From Oceanispirochaeta sp. (GTDB lineage: Bacteria; Spirochaetota; Spirochaetia; DSM-2461), in the NCBI GenBank assembly GCA_963666275.2, contig CAXXOA010000001.1, positions 32,001-96,000 of the forward strand: a stretch of 64,000 bases of DNA. Direction: 5' to 3'. This document shows positions 28,995 to 39,060 of the stretch, piece by piece (position 1 is the stretch's first letter; the number at the start of each line of letters is the position of its first letter). The translations under genes and the position numbers were made by a program. The notes under the pieces were generated by a model. That model was not told the origin of the DNA. It worked only from the letters and a program-made list of their open reading frames with translations, and made no database searches.

Positions 28995-29007
28995 TCTTTC
29001 ATAAAAG

Positions 29008-29032
29008 GGGGCTGCTCCCACGGGGCAGCCCC
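29008..29032 (+). other. Intercistronic hairpin after the SBP gene
   Basis: GGGGCTGCTCC-CAC-GGGGCAGCCCC with only a weak U-tract. Confidence 0.6.
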
Positions 29033-29064
29033 TCTGTTTCCGGTTATTTGAAATAGGAGCTTCC

Positions 29065-30765
29065 ATGACCAATACAAAAAGACTGAAGTTCCAGAGTAAT
29101 CTTAAAACACTGATTAATCTTAAAAATGATCCCGCCCTGCTGGCGGTCATTTTGTTTACTCTGGCTCTTGTTACTTTTTTTATACTCATCCCCCTCTACA
29201 ACGTATTGATTGAAAGTTTTACCACCGATTCGGGGAGCACTTTCGGAAATTACAAAGCTGTATTCTCTATGCACGGGAATTTTAAAATCCTCGTCAACAC
29301 AATCATGCTGGGAATCGTCACAGCTGTTATCTCTGTTGTGGTCGGCTTTATTTTTGCCTACGTCACAACCTATATGCGTATCCGTTTCAAGAGGATATTT
29401 GATTTTATAGCTATACTGCCTATTATCTCTCCCCCCTTTGTGGTTGCTCTTTCGGCAATCCTGCTCTTCGGCCGGGTGGGACTGATTACAAGAGGGCTTT
29501 TCGGAATTCGCGATGCTGAAATCTACGGCTTTCACGGACTGGTTCTGGTCCAGTCGCTGAGCTTTTTTCCGATCGCCTATATGATGCTGGTGGCTCTGCT
29601 GCAGCGGATTGATCCCTCTGTGGAGGAAGCCTCCCGGGACCTCGGGGCCTCCCGTTTCCGGGTTTTCACCTCTGTCACACTGCCCCTCATGGTTCCCGGC
29701 CTGGCCAACGCCTTCCTTCTTGTTTTTATCCAGTCCATTGCGGATTTTGCCAACCCCGTTGTTATCGGCGGCAATTTCACAACCGTGGCTGTAAAGATCT
29801 ATCAGGAAGGAATCGGTAATTACCAGTTCGGTATCGCCACGGCTCTGGCCATGATTCTGCTGACCATATCCATTACGATCTTTGTCCTGCAGAAGTATTA
29901 TGTCAGTCAGAAGTCCTATGTGACCGTGACTGGTAAGGTATCCCGTCACAGGGATCTGATCGATTCTCCCCGGATCGTGGTTCCCTCAACGATCATTCTG
30001 CTGATATTCACTGTGTTTGTTATTATGATGTATATCCTGATTCCCATCGGTTCCTTTGTGAAACTCTGGGGAGTCAACTATACACCCACGCTGGAACACT
30101 ACCGCTACGTGTTCAAACCCAAGCTGTTCCAGCCGGTACTGACTACCTCGTCTCTGGCTCTGATCGCCACTCCCGTTTCGGGATTCCTGGCCATGCTGAT
30201 TGCCTTCCTTATTGTGAGAAAGAAATTTTTCGGTAAATCCTTTATAGAGTTTACCACCATCATGGCTCTTGCTATCCCGGGAACCATCATCGGTCTGGGA
30301 TATGTTATAAGCTATAACAAAACCTACGGGATCGGAGGGCTGACAATCATTCCTCCCATTACGGGAACGGCCTTTATCATTATAATGGCCTTTATAATAA
30401 GGAGCCTCCCTGTGGGGGTCCGTTCGGGGATTACCTCGCTGCAGCAGATTGATCCGTCCATTGAGGAAGCGGCCAGTGTCCTGGGAGCCTCCAGCAGGAA
30501 AGTTTTTACAAGCATTACAATTCCCATGATTAAAAATGCCTTTCTCAACGGTCTGATCTTTACATTCGCTCGCAGTATGACTCTGGTCAGTACGGTTATT
30601 TTTCTCATTTCCGCCCGGTACAAGCTTCTGACCACTACCATTATGGCCCAGATTGATGTGGGGAAAATGGGCGTGGCTTCGGCCTACTGTACGATCCTGA
30701 TCATTATTGTCAGCGCTGCCATGCTGATAATCAAACTTCTGGTAAAAAACATCAGTGCCGAGTAA
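29065..30765 (+). CDS. Fused ABC permease, transporter 2
   Basis: ISPPF, EEASRDLGA, DFANP, IPGTIIG, EEAASVLGA. Confidence 0.93.
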   Translation: MTNTKRLKFQSNLKTLINLKNDPALLAVILFTLALVTFFILIPLYNVLIESFTTDSGSTFGNYKAVFSMHGNFKILVNTIMLGIVTAVISVVVGFIFAYVTTYMRIRFKRIFDFIAILPIISPPFVVALSAILLFGRVGLITRGLFGIRDAEIYGFHGLVLVQSLSFFPIAYMMLVALLQRIDPSVEEASRDLGASRFRVFTSVTLPLMVPGLANAFLLVFIQSIADFANPVVIGGNFTTVAVKIYQEGIGNYQFGIATALAMILLTISITIFVLQKYYVSQKSYVTVTGKVSRHRDLIDSPRIVVPSTIILLIFTVFVIMMYILIPIGSFVKLWGVNYTPTLEHYRYVFKPKLFQPVLTTSSLALIATPVSGFLAMLIAFLIVRKKFFGKSFIEFTTIMALAIPGTIIGLGYVISYNKTYGIGGLTIIPPITGTAFIIIMAFIIRSLPVGVRSGITSLQQIDPSIEEAASVLGASSRKVFTSITIPMIKNAFLNGLIFTFARSMTLVSTVIFLISARYKLLTTTIMAQIDVGKMGVASAYCTILIIIVSAAMLIIKLLVKNISAE

Positions 30766-30818
30766 ACCTGTAAGGGGAATGGGATGCCTGTTCCCCTGCG
30801 GCATCAAGGAGAACATTC

Positions 30819-31895
30819 ATGAATGAAAAAATAAAAGTGGAACTTCGCAACCTGACTAAAACTTTTGTGACCAACAAAAACGATCAGGTCAAAGCAGTAG
30901 ACAATATTAATCTGACAATCAATCCGGGAGAGTTCGTCTGTCTTCTGGGGCCTTCGGGATGCGGAAAAACCACAACCCTGAGGATGCTGGCGGGATTTGA
31001 AATTCCCACTTCCGGCGAGATCCTGATCGGGGATAAGAACGTGGCCAATCTGACCCCCGACAAAAGGGACACGGCCATGGTCTTTCAGAACTACGCCCTG
31101 TTTCCCCATATGAACGTGTATGACAACATCGCCTATGGGCTGAAGCTGCAGAAACTCCCTAAAAAGGAGATTGAGAGCCGGGTGGACAAGATCCTGGGGC
31201 TTATGAAAATGGAGGATTTCACCCATCGTGTTCCTTCGGAAATGTCAGGAGGACAGCAGCAGAGAGTCTCTCTGGCCAGAGCGCTGATTATGGAGTCGGG
31301 AGTCCTTCTCTTTGACGAGCCTCTGTCCAATCTGGATGCCAAACTGAGGATTCACATGAGAGATGAAATCCGGAAAATCCAGAAACAGGTCGGCATCTCC
31401 TCCATCTATGTGACCCATGACCAGGAAGAGGCCATGGGCCTGTCGGATAAAATCGTGATCATGAAGGACGGCGCCATACAGCAGGTGGGATCTCCCAGGG
31501 AGATCTATCAGAAACCTGTGAACGAGTTCGTGGCCCAGTTTATAGGCCGGGCCAATATTGTGGAGGGGAAAATCGTCGGAGAAAACGATGGAACCGTACA
31601 GCTGGATGTACACGGCGTTGTGTATGAAACAGAAAAAACCACCGGACATTCCGTGGGGGATGCCGTGAAATTCATGATCCGTCCCGAGTCTTTCCTTATC
31701 GGCGGAGGGGATTTCAGAGTGCCCGTGACAAAGAGCGTTTTTATGGGATCCCATCATGAATATGAGGTTGAACTCATGGGGAAGGTCTTTGAAATTTCTG
31801 AAAACAATCCCATGAGAAAAGAGGTCGTGGATGTGGGAGAAGAGCTTTCATTCTCTATGGATCCCAACTCCATTCATATTCTTGAGGAGTCCTGA
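30819..31895 (+). CDS. ABC ATP-binding protein, transporter 2
   Basis: GPSGCGKTT, MSGGQQQR, DEPLSNLD. Confidence 0.95.
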   Translation: MNEKIKVELRNLTKTFVTNKNDQVKAVDNINLTINPGEFVCLLGPSGCGKTTTLRMLAGFEIPTSGEILIGDKNVANLTPDKRDTAMVFQNYALFPHMNVYDNIAYGLKLQKLPKKEIESRVDKILGLMKMEDFTHRVPSEMSGGQQQRVSLARALIMESGVLLFDEPLSNLDAKLRIHMRDEIRKIQKQVGISSIYVTHDQEEAMGLSDKIVIMKDGAIQQVGSPREIYQKPVNEFVAQFIGRANIVEGKIVGENDGTVQLDVHGVVYETEKTTGHSVGDAVKFMIRPESFLIGGGDFRVPVTKSVFMGSHHEYEVELMGKVFEISENNPMRKEVVDVGEELSFSMDPNSIHILEES

Positions 31896-32119
31896 GGTTT
31901 TTGTGTTTTCCGGTTGAATTATCCTGATCCCCTCTTTTTCTGAGGGGATTATTTTTCTTTCATAAAAAGAAATACTATGCTCTGTGCCTCTTTCTTCCGG
32001 AGAGGCAAAAGGGCTCTATGCCTGCATTGAGCAGATCCATTTTCACTTTCGGTAATTGACATTTCCTGTATTTACCCTATTCTTAAAAACATCAATTGAC
32101 TGCAAAATAGTGAGAATCA

Positions 32120-33130
32120 ATGGCTGTCACAATTAAAGACATAGCCCGGATTGCCGGGGTTACCCATTCCACAGTCTCCCGTTGTCTCAATGACAAGCCG
32201 GGGGTCTCGGATGCCAAAAGAGAAGAGATAAAGAAAATAGCCCGGGATCTCGGCTTTGAATATAATGCCAATGCCAGAAGTCTGAATACAAGTAAGACAG
32301 GGACAATTGGTATCATCCTGAATGATGATGCCGACGACGATCAGCCCCATTTCTATACCAATACATTTCTCGGTCATATCAGGCACCAGCTGGAAGAGGA
32401 GGATCTGGATATCCTCACAACATTCACAAGGAATAATATTTCCGGAAAGGATAATGTGGTCAGGCTTGTGAACCGGAAAAAGGTGGACGGCTTTATTATC
32501 CTCAGTTCTTCGATTGATAAGAAAACAGTTGAATTCCTCAGGGATCAGAAAGTCCCGTTTGTTTTTTCCCATCAGATTCCCTCAAAATCTCTGGGAAATG
32601 TTAACACTGTTTACTGCGACCATGCCAACGGAGGGTACCTCGCCACCAGACACCTTCTGGAACAGGGCAGAAAAAGGATCCTCTGTCTGACCAGACCCGA
32701 AAAACGCTCGGAGTTTACCCAGAGGACCCTGGGGTATAAATCCGCCCTCATGGAGTTCGGGCTGGCCTATGATAAATCCCTTGTTGTTCATGGTGTGAAT
32801 GATCTTACTGCAACTGACAGGATGGGAGAGATCCTTACCCCGTTTATCGGAAAAATCGACGGGATCTTTGCCCATACGGACATTATGGCCATTGCGGTGG
32901 AAAAGGCCATGGAGAAGAAAGGCCTGAGGGTTCCCGACGACATCGCACTGGTGGGGTATGACAATATCAGCCTCTGTACTTTTGCTGAGCCGGCCCTGAC
33001 CTCGGTAGCTCAGCCTTCCAAAACCATTTCGGTGAAAACCTGTGAGATCCTCATTAAACTGCTGGCAGGAGAAGAGGTGAACAGCAAAATTATTGTTCCC
33101 CCCTGGCTTGTTATCAGAGATTCTGTCTGA
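32120..33130 (+). CDS. LacI-family regulator (LacI-1)
   Basis: TIKDIARIAGVTHSTVSRCLN, hinge ARSL, VPDDIALVGYD; TTGACA at 32056 upstream. Confidence 0.95.
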   Translation: MAVTIKDIARIAGVTHSTVSRCLNDKPGVSDAKREEIKKIARDLGFEYNANARSLNTSKTGTIGIILNDDADDDQPHFYTNTFLGHIRHQLEEEDLDILTTFTRNNISGKDNVVRLVNRKKVDGFIILSSSIDKKTVEFLRDQKVPFVFSHQIPSKSLGNVNTVYCDHANGGYLATRHLLEQGRKRILCLTRPEKRSEFTQRTLGYKSALMEFGLAYDKSLVVHGVNDLTATDRMGEILTPFIGKIDGIFAHTDIMAIAVEKAMEKKGLRVPDDIALVGYDNISLCTFAEPALTSVAQPSKTISVKTCEILIKLLAGEEVNSKIIVPPWLVIRDSV

Positions 33131-33164
33131 TCTTATTGTTTCTTCCCCTATAAAAAGAAAAAAC

Positions 33165-33233
33165 TTTACAAACTCATGATTGTGGAAGTATTATCAAAAA
33201 ACACGTGTGTGCAATAATAAAAGCACACGTGTG
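33165..33233 (+). promoter_or_regulatory. Sigma70-type promoter with two CACACGTGTG-type operators
   Basis: TTTACA 33165, TATTAT 33189; AACACGTGTG 33200-33209 and CACACGTGTG 33224-33233. Confidence 0.72.
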
Positions 33234-33382
33234 AACAAAAAAGTTTGAAATATTATGACGTCTGTTGTTTCAAGCTTTCCTGTTTTATTTTCCGGAAAAT
33301 ACTCGGATATGTCAGGCAGCTGCATTTCTGGCTGCCATTGCTTTACGTTTCTTTTCTACCAAATAAAAAGGAGATAGATTTA

Positions 33383-34780
33383 ATGAAACGGATAATTCTT
33401 TCATTTGCATTACTGGTTCTTTCTTTTTCACTGTTCGGCAAAGGGGCTCAGGAAGAGTCCCTTTATCTTGCCTCAAAGACTCCATATCCCTCACCGGCAG
33501 AAATCTCTGTTACGGCTCCGCCGGCAGGCTATGAACCATCATTCATATTTACGGTTAACAGGCATGGGTCAAGAAGCCTTTCCGGTTTCAAGTATGACAA
33601 GGGCTGGCTTGATATGCTTGCCGATGCTGATTCCCGTGGAGCCCTGTTGGATGAGGGGAGAAAACTCTGGGAAGATATCAAAGTGATTGCGGCTTTTGAA
33701 GAAGGAAAATACGGCCTGCTGACTCAACTGGGAAAAGACGAACTGTATGGGATCGGAAGCCGTGTAGGTGATGTCTATGGTGAAATGCTGACAAATGACA
33801 CTCTGATCAGAGCAGAGGCTACCTATAAAGAAAGAACTCAGGAATCGAGAGATAGTTTTCTTTCCGGCCTTGTTTCTGCCGGATATAAGGGAAATGCAGA
33901 TATCATGGCGTATGATAAAAAGAAAGATCCCTATCTGAGACCAATGGATCTGGCTACAAACTATAACAGATTCCTGGATGAGGGAGACTGGAACGACTAT
34001 CTTACCGCTTTCAGAGAGACTCCTGAGGCCAGTGCCATGTCCTACCGAATCTGTTCCCAGTTCTTTACAGATGAATACCTGAAGCTCCTTGATTCAGGAG
34101 AGCTGAAGTTCTACAAGGAAGGAGGAGAAGATGTTGTTATAAATAGTGTGGCAACGGCGGGATCCTGTCTTTTTGAACTATACATAATTCTTCCTTCTCT
34201 GAGAGAGGACGGCTTTGAAGGTATGAATCTGAGGAAATATTTCACTGATGAAGAACTGGCCATGTATCAGGAAGTACAGGGAGGAAAAAACTTTTTCAAA
34301 TACGGAGCCGGAAGACCGGAATATAACAATATTTCTCTGAATATTCTGGCACCTCTGGCCAAACGTTTTATAAATGAGACAGATCTGTATCTAAGCGGTG
34401 AGTCTCCCTATAAAGGTGTTTTCCTCTTTGCCCATGCAGAGACTGTTGTTCCCATGGAAGGATTCATGGAGATTGAAGGCAGCAACAAGGCCTACAGCGA
34501 TCTTTCTGAGGCTCTGGAAAACTGGCACGGTTACTATTATGGCCCCATGGGCGCAAATCTCCAGTTTATCCTGTTTACTTCTGAGGAGGGGGAACCTCTG
34601 GTTAAGGTCATGCTTAATGAAAGAGAGAGCACACTTTCTCCTTCACTGGAACCTGTTGAAGGACCATATTACAGTTGGAACGAAGTAAGAGCTTTTTATG
34701 CTAACAAGGTATCCACCCTTGGTATCTTTCTTGACAATACTCTGGAAGAGGATATTGAAGCTCTGAAAATAAAATTCTAG
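33383..34780 (+). CDS. Exported histidine acid phosphatase, MINPP-type phytase
   Basis: ATG 33383 with AAGGAG; signal peptide; RHGSR, LTQLG, RTQES, FAHAET, PMGANLQF, VMLNE. Confidence 0.85.
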   Translation: MKRIILSFALLVLSFSLFGKGAQEESLYLASKTPYPSPAEISVTAPPAGYEPSFIFTVNRHGSRSLSGFKYDKGWLDMLADADSRGALLDEGRKLWEDIKVIAAFEEGKYGLLTQLGKDELYGIGSRVGDVYGEMLTNDTLIRAEATYKERTQESRDSFLSGLVSAGYKGNADIMAYDKKKDPYLRPMDLATNYNRFLDEGDWNDYLTAFRETPEASAMSYRICSQFFTDEYLKLLDSGELKFYKEGGEDVVINSVATAGSCLFELYIILPSLREDGFEGMNLRKYFTDEELAMYQEVQGGKNFFKYGAGRPEYNNISLNILAPLAKRFINETDLYLSGESPYKGVFLFAHAETVVPMEGFMEIEGSNKAYSDLSEALENWHGYYYGPMGANLQFILFTSEEGEPLVKVMLNERESTLSPSLEPVEGPYYSWNEVRAFYANKVSTLGIFLDNTLEEDIEALKIKF

Positions 34781-34804
34781 AAATCTGATATAATTTTTTA
34801 CTCG

Positions 34805-34840
34805 GGTGTGCTGAAATTAGCTTTCAGTACACCTTTTTTT
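34805..34840 (+). terminator. Intrinsic terminator after the phosphatase
   Basis: GGTGTGCTGAAA-TTAGC-TTTCAGTACACC followed by T7. Confidence 0.85.
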
Positions 34841-34990
34841 ATAATTCAAGTTGGGATTATCAGCGCTTTGAACAGGATATCAGGAGTAGAAACAGCAGTT
34901 TGTTCAGGTTAGGGGCTGTTCTGAATAAACATTCCCGAAATCCGGTTTTCCTCTTCTCAAATATTCAGGAACTATTTATGAAAAAAAAAC

Positions 34991-35039
34991 TTTACAAATC
35001 ATGGGAGGGGGCGTATTATCAATAAAACGCACACGTGTG
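34991..35039 (+). promoter_or_regulatory. Sigma70-type promoter with a CACACGTGTG operator
   Basis: TTTACA 34991, 17-nt spacer, TATTAT 35014, CACACGTGTG 35030-35039; same layout as 33165-33233. Confidence 0.75.
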
Positions 35040-35085
35040 AGTTCTAGAAAAGGTGTATCGTGTGCATCGCAAAAATGGAGGTCTT

Positions 35086-36144
35086 ATGCGAGTTAAAATT
35101 ATTGCTTTACTGTCAGTTTCTCTTGTAGCTCTGGCATTGCTGATCGGGTGTATGGACAAAAAAGGAGATGCCGCCGCTGCGGGTGGAAAAAAATCCACAC
35201 ATCTGACCATCTACTGTGCTCTTCCCGAAACTGAAATCCCTTCCTATATCGAAGCTTTTAAAGAAGATACAGGTATTACTGTGGATTTTGTCCGACTCTC
35301 TGCAGGAGAAGTCCTTTCCAAAGTTCAGGTGGAAAAGAACAACCCCCAGGCCAGTGTCTGGTACGGTGGAAACTGTGACACTTTTATTGCCGCAGCTGGT
35401 AATGATCTTCTGGAACCATATGTTTCCCCTGAGCTGAAAAACATTCCTGAAAGCTATCAGGATCCCGAAGGATTCTGGTCGCCTGTCTATGTGGGAGCCC
35501 TTGCTTTCGCCGTAGACCGGGACTGGTTCAAAGAGAAGGGAATGGACTATCCCTCTTCCTGGAATGATCTTCTGGATCCCGTTTACAAGAATCAGATTTC
35601 CATGGCTCATCCCGGATCTTCGGGAACCGCCTATACCATCCTGGCCACTCTGGTTCAGATGCTGGGTGAAGACGAGGCGATGGATTATCTGAAAGAGCTG
35701 AATGCCAATATCCGTCAGTATACAAAATCCGGATCAGCTCCTCCCAAAAATGTGGGACTCGGTGAAGCCGCAGTAGGTCTCTCATTTTCCCATGACTGCC
35801 TGAAACCGGCTCTCCAGGGGTATCCAGTGGAAGTTTCTTTTCCCGAAGAGGGAACCGGATACGAAATCGGTGCGATTGCTCTGATCAAGGGCGGTCCCGA
35901 AGATGAAGTGGAAAATGCCAAAACTTTTATTGACTGGGTTCTCAGCAAAAAAGGCCAGGATATCTATTCCCAGAACGGTTCCTTCCGGCTGCCTGTCAAT
36001 GTGAACGCTCAGGTTCCCGAAGGGGCTGTGAATATCAAGGATCTTCCCATCATCGAGTATGATTTTATCTGGGCCGGTGAAAACCGGACACGACTGATTG
36101 AGAAATTTTCCGCCACCATCGCGGGGAAAGATAATCTGAAATAA
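35086..36144 (+). CDS. ABC substrate-binding lipoprotein (AfuA-like), transporter 3
   Basis: ATG 35086 with GGAGG; lipobox LIGC; RLSAGE, HPGSSGTAY, FSHD, EGTGYEIG. Confidence 0.92.
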   Translation: MRVKIIALLSVSLVALALLIGCMDKKGDAAAAGGKKSTHLTIYCALPETEIPSYIEAFKEDTGITVDFVRLSAGEVLSKVQVEKNNPQASVWYGGNCDTFIAAAGNDLLEPYVSPELKNIPESYQDPEGFWSPVYVGALAFAVDRDWFKEKGMDYPSSWNDLLDPVYKNQISMAHPGSSGTAYTILATLVQMLGEDEAMDYLKELNANIRQYTKSGSAPPKNVGLGEAAVGLSFSHDCLKPALQGYPVEVSFPEEGTGYEIGAIALIKGGPEDEVENAKTFIDWVLSKKGQDIYSQNGSFRLPVNVNAQVPEGAVNIKDLPIIEYDFIWAGENRTRLIEKFSATIAGKDNLK

Positions 36145-36233
36145 TTCCTTTTTCGTTTCTTCCGGAGTCTACGCAAGGGTTCTCCGGAATTCTGCTCCGG
36201 AAGAAACACCCCAATATAACGACAGGATTTACT

Positions 36234-37910
36234 ATGACCAACTCTTTAAAAGATTTAACCTGGAAACTGAAAATGCTCGGGAAGGAACCGGTCCTCCTGG
36301 CTTTTATCATTATCCTTATAGCCCTGCTGACTCTCTTCGTCATGTTTCCGCTCTTTATGATACTGCGTTACAGTATCTCAACCGAAGAGGGCAGGCTTTC
36401 TCTGGACACTGTTGTGTCTGTTCTTAAAAACAGTTCCTACAGAACCACTTTTTTCAACAGTATCAAGCTGGGTGTTATCTCAGCGGTGATTGCGACAATA
36501 ATCGGGTATTTATTTGCCTTTACCATAACCAGAACAGAAGCCCCTTTTAAGGGATTTCTCAAAACCATGGCAACCCTTCCGGTTATCTCACCCCCCTTTG
36601 TTCTCTCCCTTTCCATTATCTTCCTCTTCGGAAGAAAGGGACTGATAACCAATGGCCTGCTGGGTATAACCGATTTTAATGTCTATGGCATGCACTCTCT
36701 CATTCTTGTGCAGTCCATCTCGTTTTTTCCGGTAGCCTATCTCACCCTTTCGGGGATCCTGCAGGCCATAGATTCTTCTGTGGAGGATGCGGCTCTGAAC
36801 CTGGGTGCCTCCCGGTGGAAAATTTTCTGGACTGTCACCTTTCCCCTCTCCCTTCCAGGGATTTTCAGCGCCCTTCTTCTTGTTTTCATCCAGTCCCTGC
36901 AGGATTTCAGCAATCCCGCGGTTATCGGCGGGGGATTCCCCACCCTGGGGGTCGAGGCCTACAGAGTCATCACCGGAATGTACGACCTGAGAACCGGAGC
37001 AATCCTTTCGATCATGCTCCTGGTTCCCAGTCTGATCGCCTTTCTGCTGCAGAAGTACTGGGTCAGCGGCAAAGGGTTTGTTACAGTCACGGGAAAGCCC
37101 TCCCAGAACCGGACCAAACTGGACGAAAAACACATTGTCATTCCCCTTGTGGGATTCTGCCTTCTCTTTAGCGGCGTGATCGTTCTGTTTTACGGTACCG
37201 TGATCGGAGGGGCCTTTGTAAAGGTCTGGGGCGTGGACTACTCTCCCACGTTCAATCACTTCAGATATGTTTTCTCCATAGGGTTCAAACCTCTGAAGAA
37301 TGCGGTACTTCTGGCTGTGATCGCCACCCCGCTGACGGGGCTCGCCGGTATGGCCATAGCCTTCCTGACAGTCCGTAAAAGCTTTATCGGTAAAAAGTAT
37401 ATGGGCCTGGCCTCTCTTCTGACTTTTGCCCTCCCGGGGACCGTGGTGGGAATCAGTTTTATCCTTGCCTTCAATGACAGGCCTTTCCTGCTGACAGGTA
37501 CCGCACTGATCCTCATCTGTGTTTTTGTATTCCGGAACCTGCCGGTAGGTATCGAAGGAGCGACGTCCGCTTTAATGCAGATAGATCCCTCCATTGAAGA
37601 GGCTGCAGTGAACATGGGGGCCAACAGCTTTCAGACATTTTTCCATGTCACTCTGCCTCTCATAAAAGGGGCATTCTTTTCGGGACTTGTCTACTCCTTT
37701 GTGCGGGCCATGACGGCGGTCAGCGCCATCATCTTTCTGGTTTCAGCCCGGTGGAATGTGGTTACCACAAGAATCTTTTCCCTCTTTGAAGTCAGTCAGT
37801 ACAGCGATGCCGCCGCGTATATCGTCATCATGATAGCTGTGATTATCACAGCCATTTATATTCTCAACAATCTGGTCGAGCGCATCAGTCCGGATCAAAA
37901 AAACAAATAA
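36234..37910 (+). CDS. Fused ABC permease, transporter 3
   Basis: ISPPF, EDAALNLGA, DFSNP, LPGTVVG, EEAAVNMGA. Confidence 0.93.
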   Translation: MTNSLKDLTWKLKMLGKEPVLLAFIIILIALLTLFVMFPLFMILRYSISTEEGRLSLDTVVSVLKNSSYRTTFFNSIKLGVISAVIATIIGYLFAFTITRTEAPFKGFLKTMATLPVISPPFVLSLSIIFLFGRKGLITNGLLGITDFNVYGMHSLILVQSISFFPVAYLTLSGILQAIDSSVEDAALNLGASRWKIFWTVTFPLSLPGIFSALLLVFIQSLQDFSNPAVIGGGFPTLGVEAYRVITGMYDLRTGAILSIMLLVPSLIAFLLQKYWVSGKGFVTVTGKPSQNRTKLDEKHIVIPLVGFCLLFSGVIVLFYGTVIGGAFVKVWGVDYSPTFNHFRYVFSIGFKPLKNAVLLAVIATPLTGLAGMAIAFLTVRKSFIGKKYMGLASLLTFALPGTVVGISFILAFNDRPFLLTGTALILICVFVFRNLPVGIEGATSALMQIDPSIEEAAVNMGANSFQTFFHVTLPLIKGAFFSGLVYSFVRAMTAVSAIIFLVSARWNVVTTRIFSLFEVSQYSDAAAYIVIMIAVIITAIYILNNLVERISPDQKNK

Positions 37911-37918
37911 AGGAAGAC

Positions 37919-39055
37919 TTGAAAATGAAAGATCATTTTGAGGAAGAAATAAAAGCCAAAAGCAGCGGATTGAAAATGGTCAATCTGACAAAGAAATTTT
38001 CCAGTCACGACGGGACAGGGGAGTTCACAGCTGTGGATTCAATCAACCTGGAGATCAAGTCAGGGGAACTGACCACACTCCTGGGGCCTTCGGGCTGCGG
38101 AAAAACAACCACCCTCCGTATGGTGGCGGGGTTTGAGAGCATCACTTCCGGGTCCCTCCTTCTGGGAGATGAGTCCATTGAGTCGGTTCCTCCCAATAAA
38201 AGGGATATGGCCATGATGTTCCAGAGCTACGCCCTTTTTCCCCATATGACAGTCTACAACAATATCCGTTACGGACTGAAAATTCAGAAACTGCCGGAGA
38301 AGGAGATTGAGGAAAGGACCAACAAGATCATCGATCTTATGCAAATCCGGGGTATGGAAAACAGACTCCCTTCAAAAATCTCCGGAGGACAGCAGCAGAG
38401 AGTCGCCCTGGCCAGAGCTGTGGTGATTGAGCCCAAAGTCCTGCTATTCGACGAACCCCTTTCCAATCTGGATGCCAAACTGAGGGAGTATATGAGAGAC
38501 GAGCTCCGGTCCCTTCAGCAGAGGCTGGGAATTACAAGTCTCTATGTCACCCATGACCAGTCAGAAGCCATGGCCATCAGCGACAAGGTCGTCCTTATGA
38601 ATGAGGGACGGATTCAGCAGGTGGGATCTCCCGCGGAACTCTATAACGAACCGGCCTCTCTCTTCGTAGCGGATTTCATCGGCAAATCCAACTTTCTGCC
38701 CTGTCTGGTGGCTTCCCGGTCCGCCGATGGAGCTGTCGCTTCCATACTGGGGGAGAATTTCCTTCTGAAAGCTCCGGGTAAAGCCTATACGGGAGAAACC
38801 GGAGAGATGACCGCCGTCATAAGGCCCGAAGCTGTCAAACTGGTCGATCCGGAGGAGGAAAAACTCACAGGTGTGGTCCGGAAGGCCATTTTCTTCGGCA
38901 ATTTTGTGGAGTATGAGGTCCGGGTAAAGGACAGAAATTTGCGAATCGAATCCTACTGTCCCCAGGAACAGAAAATCTACAGGGTCAACGATCCGGTGGG
39001 TATCCGGTTCAACCTTGAAAGTATCCGTCTTCTGGAAGAGTCGGAAAAGGACTGA
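37919..39055 (+). CDS. ABC ATP-binding protein, transporter 3
   Basis: GPSGCGKTT, ISGGQQQR, DEPLSNLD; start is TTG 37919 or ATG 37925. Confidence 0.95.
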   Translation: MKMKDHFEEEIKAKSSGLKMVNLTKKFSSHDGTGEFTAVDSINLEIKSGELTTLLGPSGCGKTTTLRMVAGFESITSGSLLLGDESIESVPPNKRDMAMMFQSYALFPHMTVYNNIRYGLKIQKLPEKEIEERTNKIIDLMQIRGMENRLPSKISGGQQQRVALARAVVIEPKVLLFDEPLSNLDAKLREYMRDELRSLQQRLGITSLYVTHDQSEAMAISDKVVLMNEGRIQQVGSPAELYNEPASLFVADFIGKSNFLPCLVASRSADGAVASILGENFLLKAPGKAYTGETGEMTAVIRPEAVKLVDPEEEKLTGVVRKAIFFGNFVEYEVRVKDRNLRIESYCPQEQKIYRVNDPVGIRFNLESIRLLEESEKD

Positions 39056-39060
39056 ATCCT

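Noticed and set aside
27957..29189. 410-aa antisense ORF, and similar ones at 46504..47742, 47648..48604, 51955..52992 and 9347..10402
   Set aside because: Each mirrors a motif-rich gene on the other strand, as expected from codon bias.
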